Shown piece after piece: positions 53,471 to 64,000 of a stretch of DNA of 64,000 nt. The position numbers and the translations under genes are program-made. The DNA comes from Tubulanus polymorphus (taxonomy: Eukaryota; Animalia; Nemertea). The number at the start of each line of letters is the position of its first letter. Within the stretch, counting starts at the first letter, position 1. Under the pieces are notes generated by a model. That model was not told the origin of the DNA. It did no database searches and worked only from the letters and a program-made list of their open reading frames with translations. Location: the NCBI RefSeq assembly GCF_964204645.1, contig NC_134028.1:12013263-12077262 (forward strand), written 5' to 3'.

Positions 53471-56027
53471 GGGTCGAAAACTGTTCCATCCGAGGATGAT
53501 GAGAAGGAATTAGTTGATTTCGCGTGTAATCGTGCAAGTATGGGCATCGGATTTAAAAAGAGCACCTTCCTGCAGTACGCTGCCAAAATCGCTGCAAAGA
53601 GAGGAAAACTATTTTCAAATGGTATACCATCCGAGAAATGGTGGCGTGGGATGAAATTACGTCACAAGGAGCTGAGTTTAAGGACTCCTGAATCTACTGG
53701 GCATTGTCGAATGATTGGTATGTCCCCATTACCAGTGCTCAACTTTTTCAAACAGTACCATGAAAGATTGGTCGAGAGTGAATTACTTGAAAGTCCGTCC
53801 CGTATTTGGAACATGGACGAAACTGGCTTTCAATTGGATTTCAAACCACAGAAAGTGCTAGCCAAGTAAGTCAAATCTAAATCTGTAGGATTTTGTGTAC
53901 TAGCCTAGATATTAAAACGTATATTGATTTTCAAAAGTTCAAGTATAAGTTGCTTCTTCATTTTATTTCAAGACGAGGTGTGAAGTCATTACCAATGAGA
54001 ACGGCGTATTCGAAGGAATTAGTGAATGTTTTGGGGTGCGTGTCAGCCGTCGGTCAGACAATACCACCTCATTTCGTCGTTAAAGGAAAGACCAGAAAGT
54101 CTCTGCTCGGTTTCGATACGGAAAATGCACGACCGGACTGGCGAATGAGTTCCTCCAATAGTGGCTGGACAAAACAAGTTAGTCAACTTGATTTGATTAC
54201 CGGGTATAATAGGCAAAATGCTCAATACATACAACCTTTTTCCTGCAGGGTATTGGATATCAATGGTTTACTAAGACCTTTTTACCCAACATAGGACGAG
54301 AAAGGCCCCAACTTTTTGCTAATGGATGGTCATAATTCCCATAATTTCATTGAATTACTGGATGTATGTCGGGAGAATGATATAATTCTGATTGAAATTC
54401 CATCACACACCAGTAACTGGCTGCAGCCACTCGATTGGTAATTAGACTACTTTTTTTAACATTATCACACAAAATCCTGTTCCAGATGTATTTCTAATTC
54501 TATCATCTATAGGTGTGTATTCGTCCCGCTGAAAAAAGCCTGGAACATTAAGTGCTGCACACTCATGGCTGAAAATCCAGGGGTAGTTGAGGGGAAAAAG
54601 AACTTTTTCGGCTTGTTCAAACATGCATGGGAAGCGGGGTTACCCCCGCAAATTGCATAAGTTGCTTCCGTGCGACTGGAATGTTTCCATAGAATCCACT
54701 GGCTATACCGCAATCTGCATATGTACATGCAACAAATGAAGATCAACTTCGAGGTTTGATCAAAGCAGATTCCGTCGTAAGTATGAGTTATGAAAGTAAT
54801 ATTATGCAATGAGTTTATTGGAGACTTATTGAATGGATATCAATTTATTCAAATAGTTTTAAAACGCTCAATTTTTGGATTTATTTGCTTAAATTCCAGC
54901 CGTTAAATCAAGAAACTCTATCGATGGAAATTATATCGACGGATCGAGAAAATGTATCAATAGATCGAGATAGTGTGTCGACAAATCGAGAAAATATGTC
55001 GACGAATTGTAAAACTGTGTCGACTAATGTTAAGAATGTTTTAACGAATAGTAATCTGGTGAATCAGGAAACTGTTGCTTCACAAGTTTCGATTCCCTAG
55101 GTCTCAGTTTAGTTCGATTTATTAATGAAAATATAAATCATCATTCTACCAAATACAGGCATAATAGATATTTTTTTCCATTTGTTAGGCATTAAATGGA
55201 GAAAGAGTTGGGTCATCTGAAAGAAACCTTTCAATGTTTGATGAACCAATGCTAGCTGAAGTAAGTGTAGCCTTCAAAACGATCGGTACCGTAATAACAA
55301 TCTATGCAATCAGGCTAAATCTAAAATGTTTAGGATGTTCCTTGTGATATGCCAATAACGAAAGTGCCCAGCGGATAAAGCATTGGAAGTTGTCGAAAAA
55401 GCTTTGAAGCCTGAGCAATTAGCCAAATATAAAAGGAGACACGAAGAGGGTTTCGACCTCAAGACAGATGCCATGTATATGACTTGGAAACGACTTAAAG
55501 AAAAGTCATCTGTAAGATAGTGGTTTTGAAATCTGATCACCTCTTTTATAGTATTAAGTAATGCTGTTTCAATACCCTAAATTTTTTTCAGCAAAATAAG
55601 TACTTTCCATTCAGCAATAGTTCGACACCATCCAGTCATCTTAAAGACGTTTTGAATTATCCCAAGAGTACCACCCAATCTAAGACTACAGCTCCATTTT
55701 TGGATACCTACTATGTACTAACCTGCGATGAGGCATATGTTCAGAAGTTATATCGGCAAGAGAGGAAAATAGCGTCAACTCTAGAAAAAGAAGAAAAGAA
55801 AAAATCAAAATCAAAAAAACAAAAAACATCTGTAAGAGTTAATAAGATAAATTACACAGAAAACCATACATAATACCTATGGACAGAGGAGATCGAAGAG
55901 CACCCACCAGAAAATGTCATCAATGTTTTATCACCACCGACGGTTGTAAATGGGCGACTTCAGCTGGCATTTAATTCGGATGAATCTAATAAACTCAGCA
56001 CCGATTTGTTCTGTGCGATTTGATTCA
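53471..56027 (+). pseudogene. pogo-family transposase copy 2, tandem duplicate of 50914-53470 lacking the first HTH
   Basis: Constant offset of 2557 bp (51336/53893, 52328/54885, 53095/55652); carries IWNMDETG. Confidence 0.92.
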
Positions 56028-56878
56028 TGATTGTCAGCATCCTCGCTTGATCAATCAAACCTGGCAAGCGAGGATGGGTTGTTAGTCTAAACAGGCCTAG
56101 CCTAATCGTATTTGTGAAATAATAAGAGGCATTGTTATAAATCAAAATATTATAGGCCTTAGTCTATAAATATAAATCATAGAAATCAGAGTTCTATGAT
56201 ATAAATATAGTTTTGTTGAATATTTGTTGAAAATTATGGCCTAGTACATGTGATGAAATAGGGCTAATTTACGAATCATTTTTGTCTTTTGAAAAGCCTG
56301 TATATTTATAATTTTAAAGAAATATCGGTATATGAAATCGGTAGGTCATTGTGTTATGTTTTAATAAAAATAAAATGAATATTTTATTAATAATGAATAT
56401 TTATATATCTGAACTTACTTGCCGTTGTGAAATTGCGCGCTTTCCACGTTTCACTATTGATTCGTTTAAGTTTTCATTTTGAAAGTAGATCCTTCATACA
56501 AGGCCCCGGAATCTGAATTAAGCAGTCTTCTAAAGAACTAATGTTGCAAAATGTTGAAATTATTCAGATTACAGGGCTGGTTCTACAATTTTCAGAACCA
56601 TGAATATGGCAGCCGAAATTAGGTACGCTATGCCGAAATAAGGTAAACATAGGCCAAAATTGGGTCCAAAAATCATTTTATGATACCCAGTACTTGAACA
56701 GCCAAAGAAACATACATTTTGGCAGATTATCAATAAACCCTGATAATAAGTTAAACCATTTTACTGCTAAAAATGACAAACGACTTTAACTCTCAAACAT
56801 TTTTCATTTCGCTGTTAATAAGACGCGTGGGAACATGTGGACATTTTATCTATGCCGAAATTAGGTCACATTCCCCTA

Positions 56879-58280
56879 TGAATAACGATGATAACTCCAT
56901 ATGGAAGATTTTGTTGGACTCGCTTCCATTTGGTCTCAAAGTCAGTAGCAACGAATGTTGAGCGTGGCTCTAGAAGGGCTTGAGGGAACATTTGCGATCG
57001 CCGACGATAAAATTGTGGCCAGATGCGGTGACAGCCGAGACGCAGCTGATTGTGACCACGATACGAAACACGCCGCACAGTATCGTCGTTGCGAAGAACG
57101 AAAAATCATTTTGAGCTCAATGCTGTCGTTTTTGATCTCAAATTTTTTGAACAATTTTTGACCAATATACCTACGGTCGTGAGGTGATTGTTCATAATGA
57201 TCACAAACCGCTTGCATCAATACTTAAGAAAACCCTGAGCCAGGTCCCCAAAAGGCTCCAATCGTTATTGATGCGCGTATATCTTTATGACATCACATTT
57301 GTATTTTGTGAAGGAAAGTCGCTTGTGCTTACCGACACATTAAGTCGTGCCCACTTGGAGAAAGTGGATGACCGACCACAAAAAATGAACGTCTGTTATT
57401 TTCCGTCGATAGCAGACTCTCGTATTGCAGAAGTGGCAGCGGCCACTTAATGTGACGCAACGCTCCAGAAACTGAAATCGTTGATTATAAATGTTTGGCC
57501 TAGCATGAAAACCGAAGTACCGTATGAGGTCAGGCAATATTACAATATGCGCGATGTGCTCAGCTATGACAGCACAACAGGGAACCTCGTGAAAGGAGAA
57601 GCGATGATTATTCCTGATCACTTCGCCAAAACATGAAAACCAGATTGCATGCTGCACATCTTGGTTATGAGAGTATGATGAGACGAGCGAGACGCATAAT
57701 ATTCTGGCCTGGCATGTCGAGCGAAATCAGAAAAATGGCCGATACGTGTGAACCATGCCAAGATCTTAGGCTGCGGAACCAGCGAGAAGCGTTGCGACAG
57801 CATCCAGATGGAAGCGAACCATTCGAAAAGATTGCATGTGAAGATCAAAGGGTCCAACTACCTCATCACGGTTGATTATTTTGCGAGCTGGATCGAAGTC
57901 GAGCGTATGACTTCAACCACTACTACTACGAAGTGTATATCGGTCCTCAAACAGCAATTTGCGCATTACGGGATTCCGAAGCAAATCGTGACCGATCCGG
58001 GTCGATCCTCAGTTCACTAGTCGTGAATTCAAGGAATTCTTGGGCGTATGGGGAATTAATCATATTGAAGCGTCACATTTTCACCATAGCACGAATGGTT
58101 AAGCCGAAGCCGCTGTAAAAATGATCAAACATTTGATCATTAAACCCATGAAAATACACGACGTCAGGATACAGGTTTGAGCCTGGCCGAACTGATGTTC
58201 GGGCAGAAAACGCGCTCATTCATCCCAGCGGGAGATAGCGCGACACATCTAATGGATGTTCGTCAGAAACGAGATCTTAA
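56879..58280 (+). pseudogene. Second Ty3/gypsy relic, right half (RT continuation, RNase H part, integrase)
   Basis: TMITPYGRFCWTRLPFGLKVSS continues the RT broken at 47071; IADD; HNDHKPLASILKK..PKRLQ; LHAAHLG..IFWPGM..CEPC; YLITVDYFASW; YGIPKQIVTDPG. Confidence 0.9.
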
Positions 58281-58374
58281 AATGTAACCCGGAAGTAAAA
58301 CGGTAGACGATACCGTGGGTTCACGTGATGACCTGCTGGCTAGAAAATCAGCGTATTAGCTGGAAAATACGGTA

Positions 58375-58568
58375 CCTGTAAGTGAAGTTTGATTTGGATT
58401 CAGCAATAGGGAACGAAGGAATCACATGCCCACTGCTTCCTGAAATGTTTGATTCCTCTATTTCCCCAACCCTAGTTCTTTTAATTTGATCCCACTTCGG
58501 AGCATTAAAGACTGACTGGCAATACCTCATGTGATTCAATAGAATCCAAATCAAACTTCACTTACAGG
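58375..58568. mobile_element. Small MITE
   Basis: Perfect 27 bp TIR cctgtaagtgaagtttgatttggattc; flanks TA / CA. Confidence 0.8.
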
Positions 58569-59276
58569 CAAGCTTGTTTAATTTTCTAATATAACAATGT
58601 GAGTTGTAACAATATTGCTAATAAAGATTTGATCTAGCACTGTTTGCTTTGGAACTTTTAGTTGTTGCAGATTAAGACCATTAGAAATGTCCAATGAAAT
58701 CTATCATATTAGGACTTTTCAATATAAAACGATTTAGCCTCATCTTAACTTACAAATGCACAGAAATTACTTTAATATCACAAATCCGCCAATAAAATGC
58801 AGTCCATTTCTATAGTGAAAAAACTGAATTATATGATGACCAATTTAAAAAAATGCATAGTCCAAAGATAATTTGGTCAGCGGTAAACGCATTACATCTG
58901 ATGAACTGCACTGGCATCTGTAATAAGGGAATGATCAGAAATATGTTTATGTCGGTGAAATAAAATATTTCAAAGTAGTTCTGAGGAAACCAGTTTCGCA
59001 GAAGTACATATCAGACCAGCAGAAACCACAGTAGGTGTCCATTGTAGACATTTTGCACAATTCAAATCTGTCTGACACAAATTGAAATCACACAACACTT
59101 GCCACAATAGGCTACAATCTGTTGGACCTTGTCACGGCAGGGAAATGTAAGATAAGGGCAAAAGGATCTATATTCAAATAAATAGACCATGCTTAAAATG
59201 AAATTGGTTCCCACTGTAACACATTAGCTTGTTTCTACTTCGATATTATTGTACCTTAAGTCTTATTATTACCCCT

Positions 59277-61588
59277 GTGAAGCTGGCTCCCGGTTCCCAG
59301 TTCTTTATTCGGCTCCCGATTCAAAATGCTTTTGAACCGGGAGCCGAATCGGGAACCGGGAACCGGGAGCCGGCTACTGGTTCAGCTCCCGATTCAAAAA
59401 CATTTTGAATCGGGAGCCAAATAAGGAACCGGGAGCCAGCTACTGGTTCAGCTCCCGATTCAAAAACATTATGAATCGGGAGCCGAATCGGGAACCGCGA
59501 ACCGGCTACTGGTTCAGCTCCCGATTCAAAAACATTTTGAATCGGGAGCCGAATAAGGAACCGGGAGCCGGCTACTGGTTCAGCTCCCGATTCAAAAACA
59601 TTTTGAATCGGGAGCCGAATCGGGAACCGGGCATGAGCCGGCTACTGGTTCAGCTCCCGATTCAAAATGTGAAGCTGGCTACTTATTCGCAAGGTGGCGC
59701 TGGTATACACTATGCCGTAGTCCAGACATTTTACGTAACTATGTCTACTCTGCTGATAAACAAACTCGACCTCGACCTTGACAACAAATCGCCAGGTGAT
59801 GGCGCGAGCCAATCCAGACGTCTAAACACGATTGCGTATGCGACCGCGAGAGCGGTCAGCTGTATGTACGTAGCTATACGTCAGTAAGCTGCGTCTATTA
59901 ATAACATAACTTGGTTTAAGAACGTGTGTATTGCTCGGTCGTTTTTCTCGTCACCGAATCGACTTCTTCATATGTTATTCGCCTCTTTAATCATTTAATC
60001 AATAAACCATCGATTGTTCCCGAGCTATAGGGTATTAATTAGTCAGCACTGAAAGGGTTATCGAATCCCCAAGAAAACAATATCCGCATGCCCATGAAAT
60101 TGTAAGATATAAAATAAACAGACGCTTTCTGCCTGCCGTATAAATCACCCTTCATGCAGGGTAAATCCATTGTCAAAGATGAAAAAACAATCACTTCAAT
60201 ATTCTATTAAACTTAATATTTTCTATCAAATTCCATAGAAAACATAAAAGAACATTTCCTCATCCCTAACCCGAAAATAGCTGGAAATGAGAGCGCACAC
60301 AAAATTCTAATCCAATAGTTACCACGGTTGCATGGTAAAACAGTGAGACCACTAACATTGGCGCAGAGATAAGATGGTTGTTTAGACGTCTCAATTGCAA
60401 AATGTGAAGCTGGCTACTTATTCGATTCGACTCTATTGCGGACAGCAGGTAAACATAATTACGTAACTATGTCTGCTGAAATGAGTGCAACCTTGACCTC
60501 GGCCACCAGGCTAATCGAGACATCTGAATTAACACCATGCGTGTGACGATTTCCTCCCAATTCAAAATCACTTTGAATCGGGAGCCGAATCGGGAACCGG
60601 GAACCGGCTACTGGTTCCCGGTTCAAAACCATTTTGAATCGGGAGCCGAACCGGGAACCGGTAGCCGGCTACTGGTTCGGCTCCCGATTCAAAATGTGAA
60701 GCTGGCTACTTATTCGATTCGACTCTATTGCGGACAGCAGGTAAACATAATTACGTAACTATGTCTGCTGAAATGAGTGCAACCTGACCTCGGCTACCAG
60801 GCTAATCGAGACGTCTGAATTAACAACACGCGTGTGACTTCAATATACACAGTTACTCTGCAACTATATTCTATACTATAAGCGGCTAAGCCATAGCGTA
60901 TTAACTTTGTAGCGCGTAATCTCCGTTCGTGTGGCTTCGATTACGCGTTGAGTGGTATGGATTGAAAGAGGATGGTCTGATCTGTGTTTACGAATAGATT
61001 TCGTGCCGATACGATAAAGTTTAGGTAGACTTTTCTACCATTAAGTTTGGACTTTCCGCGTGACGTCACTGCGCGCGATGATGAAAACAAACATTTGCGC
61101 GATTTGAGCGTCAGCTGTTGCTCGTTGACTACACAGACGCCGGTGACCTAATTTCATTTTGTCTGCCTACAGAGACGCGGATGACGTCAATTCTGGGGAA
61201 TGTAATAGTGGAGAATACTGCGATGTGAGCATCATCGGTCTGATACGAGAAAGATGTACTGCATGATTTGTTATATGTTGCTAGTTCTTCTGCCCTGGGC
61301 CCGGTTTAGGTGATAATTCTAATGGAAAATGCTTAATTCGGGTTAGTTAATTGGTTTACCTTTGTCAGCGATATGAAGTTGGCTATTGAAATGTGTATTG
61401 AAATATTGTCAACATATTTGAAAATCATTTTCAATCGGGAGCCGATTGGGAACCGGGAACCGGTTGCCGGCTACTGGTTCCCGGCTCCCAATTCAAAATC
61501 ATTTTCAATCACGAGCCGAATCGGGAACCGGTAGCCGGCTCCCGGTTCCCAGCTCCCAGTTCAAAATGTGAAGCTGGCTACTTATTCG
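59277..61588. repeat. Composite repeat with 66 bp hairpin-bearing tandem units
   Basis: Units phased at 59371, 59437, 59503, 59569 and 59639; further clusters at 60551-60715 and 61421-61588; recurring aaaatgtgaagctggctacttattcg; ~150 bp direct repeat at ~60398 and ~60690. Confidence 0.9.
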
Positions 61589-62009
61589 AAGCGTTGACCT
61601 GCACTTTGACTCAGCAACTCATAATATCTTCTTTCATTCATTGAAGGTTTTGTGAAATAAGCGAAATCCTCGGAAATCTCTTTCCTTTTAAAAACTGCAA
61701 GCTGCTGCTACTACGTCATCATTCCGATATGAATGCGCGTGACTTGTGATATGTAGTTTTTTCCCACAGCCAATTGGGTTAATGCCCTGGGCCCGGTTTA
61801 GGTGATAATTCGAATGAGAAATGCTTAATTCGGGTTAGCTGATTCGATGATTAAATCTCTTTCACAAACGCTAATCAGGGAAAAGTGAATTAATTGTAAT
61901 TATCTCCGAAGTTAATTCCAAATTAATTATTGCATTATTCCTATACGATGAAAAAATTATCATTAAATATAGCTGCAAAGCAGCGATAACGGGTTTTCTG
62001 CTGTCTTAG

Positions 62010-62250
62010 AATCCTGTTCATCGGTGGATTTCGACAAAGCATTTGATAAGGCACAACATCAGCCATTACTAACTAAACAGGCTATTAGGAAACAGTATCA
62101 ATGATAGGTCGCCCAAATGGCTCAGCAGTTATCTCTGAAGGAAAACTTATAGCCAAAATCAACGGAACGCCTCATCTTGGAATAAGTCGGTCTAACTAGT
62201 GGAGTCACGCTAGGTAGTATCCTAAGTCATCTACTGTTTAATGTCCTGAC
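62010..62250 (+). pseudogene. Non-LTR (CR1/L2-like) reverse transcriptase fragment
   Basis: VDFDKAFDKAQHQPLLTK and SGVTLGSILSHLLFNV match DF.KAFD.V.H..LL.K and SGVPQGS.LGPLLF. Confidence 0.7.
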
Positions 62251-62504
62251 AAATGACATACACAGTAATCCAAAATATACCGCAAATCAATTGTGACAAA
62301 GTATTGATGCGAATGACCTATTTAGTTCATCGACCATGTACCGAACACTATTATTGTGCCCCAGCATTTGGGGTCATTCTACTTGAACCCCAACATTCAA
62401 TATGTCCACCAGATTCTGGTGATGATAAAGTCATTTTAATTTTTCTGCCAACTTCATTTCTTCTTTCATATTCATCTTACATTAAACATCATTAAGTATG
62501 CGTC

Positions 62505-64000
62505 CCCTTATTGAAATTAGGTTAACTATCTCAATATATCGATGTAACTAGGAAGACCTTATTTAAAATGTCGGTATTTTTATGTCGACTTTTTGCGATA
62601 TTGTCTCAATAAATTGCCATACGTATCACGACATTTTAGCTAAAGGAGTGATAATTATGTCGACAGTACGCGGTTATGTTGAGATACAGACGTCGACATT
62701 GGTGAAAGGCGTGATCCGTATAACGATTTATCGTGATATTAACACGATATATCGACTTAATTATGTCGATAAATCGCGATATATCACGTTTGTTCGACAT
62801 AATTTCGTCATGATAAAAGGTAGCGACGGTTTTGTATGGGTCCCATATATACGGAAGTACGGAAGCGATAAAGGGCCTCGAGTTGTTGCGTTCCAACTCG
62901 ACAAAGTCGCCATATTTATGTCGACATATCGCGATATATCGCTTCAAGTCGACATCAATATGTCGACATATCGTGACGTTTTGACGACATATTTCGTTTT
63001 CTCAACCATTTTCCTCGCAACAATTCGACATATTCATGACGACTTGAAACTCAGTCGCCATATAACTGGCGTCCTCATCTTATATTTAGACATGTCTTCA
63101 AATGACGGCTTGTCCCATGGAAAATGGGCGAAAAAGCGAAATTTGTCGTGAAAACGTCACGATATGTCGACATATTCATGTCGACTTGACGCGATATATC
63201 GCGATATGTCGACATAAATATGGCGACTTGTCGAGTTGGAACGCGACAACTCGAGGCCTTTTATCGCTTTTGTACGGAAGTGATAAGGGGCCTCGAGATG
63301 TCGCGTTCAAACACGACAAGTCGCCATATTTATGTCGACATATCGCGATATATCGCGTCAAGTCGACATGAATATGTCGACATATCGTGACGTTTTCACG
63401 ACAAATTTCGCTTTTTCGCCCATTTTCCATGGGACAAGCCGTCATTTGAAGACATGTCTAAATATAAGATGAGGACGCCAGTTATATGGCGACTGAGTTT
63501 CAAGTCGTCATGAATATGTCGAATTGTTGCGAGGAAAATGGTTGAGAAAACGAAATATGTCGTCAAAACGTCACGATATGTCGACATATTGATGTCGACT
63601 TGAAGCGATATATCGCGATATGTCGACATAAATATGGCGACTTTGTCGAGTTGGAACGCAACAACTCGAGGCCCTTTATCGCTTCCGTACTTCCGTATAT
63701 ATGGGACCCATACAAAACCGTCGCTACCTTTTATCACGACGAAATTATGTCGAACAAACGTGATATATCGCGATTTATATCGCGATATATCGCGTCCAGT
63801 CGACATGAATATGGCGACATATCGTGACGTTTTCACGACAAATTTTGCTTTTTCGCCCATTTCACGGGACAAGCCGTCATTTAAAGACATGTCTAAATGT
63901 AGGATGAGGACACCAGTGATATGACGATTGAGTTTCAAGTCGTCATGAATATGTCGACTTGTCGCGAAGAAAGTGGTCGAGAAAACGAAATATGTCGTCA
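62505..64000. mobile_element. Probable EnSpm-like or foldback element end with CpG-rich subterminal modules; runs off the window
   Basis: cccttattgaaa at 62505 resembles the 16530 TIR start; dense atgtcgacat and atcgcgatat motifs follow. Confidence 0.5.
62769..63778. repeat. ~1 kb near-perfect palindrome centred at 63273/63274
   Basis: Mirror ORFs 63102..63371(+) and 63176..63445(-); arms pair out to 62769/63778. Confidence 0.95.

Larger units (their letters stand above)
49747..56876 (+). mobile_element. pogo/Fot1-like (DDE_1) DNA transposon with an internal tandem duplication
   Basis: TA-ggggaggttgacctaatttcg ... cgaaattaggtcacattcccc-TA; subterminal cctaatttcggc / gccgaaattagg repeats at both ends. 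Confidence 0.9.

Noticed and set aside
59300-59690. CRISPR-like palindromic repeats and the 160 aa ORF 59405..59887
   Set aside because: Linkers are repeated rather than unique, there are no cas genes and the context is eukaryotic. The ORF is simply the 66 bp unit read as a 22 aa repeat.
62582-63938. Several 75-189 aa ORFs on both strands
   Set aside because: Mirror-image products of the palindrome with no recognisable domain.

Overview
AT-rich, intron-dominated genomic DNA, probably from an invertebrate animal. The only host gene I can support is on the minus strand: three short coding exons (34823-34963, 29081-29189, 8032-8209) with canonical splice sites and matching phases. They join into a peptide resembling KATNIP/KIAA0556. 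Almost everything else is nested transposable elements: a degenerate DIRS element with a methyltransferase-like module, a structurally complete 12.5 kb EnSpm/CACTA element with a transposase and a divergent BEN-domain gene, two Ty3/gypsy relics, a piggyBac with a spliced acidic and RGG-rich N-terminus, a pogo/Fot1-like element with a 2557 bp internal tandem duplication, a Penelope-like remnant with a minimal hammerhead ribozyme motif, many MITE and Helentron-like repeats, and a ~1 kb near-perfect CpG-rich palindrome at the right end. I see no CRISPR array or prokaryote-type system and cannot claim a clearly new biological system. The best leads are the modular giant palindrome, the EnSpm-borne BEN gene, the RGG-box piggyBac, the complementary-damage pogo duplication, the apparent flank-carrying insertion and the hammerhead motifs. 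Family assignments come from motif recognition by eye, not database searches.
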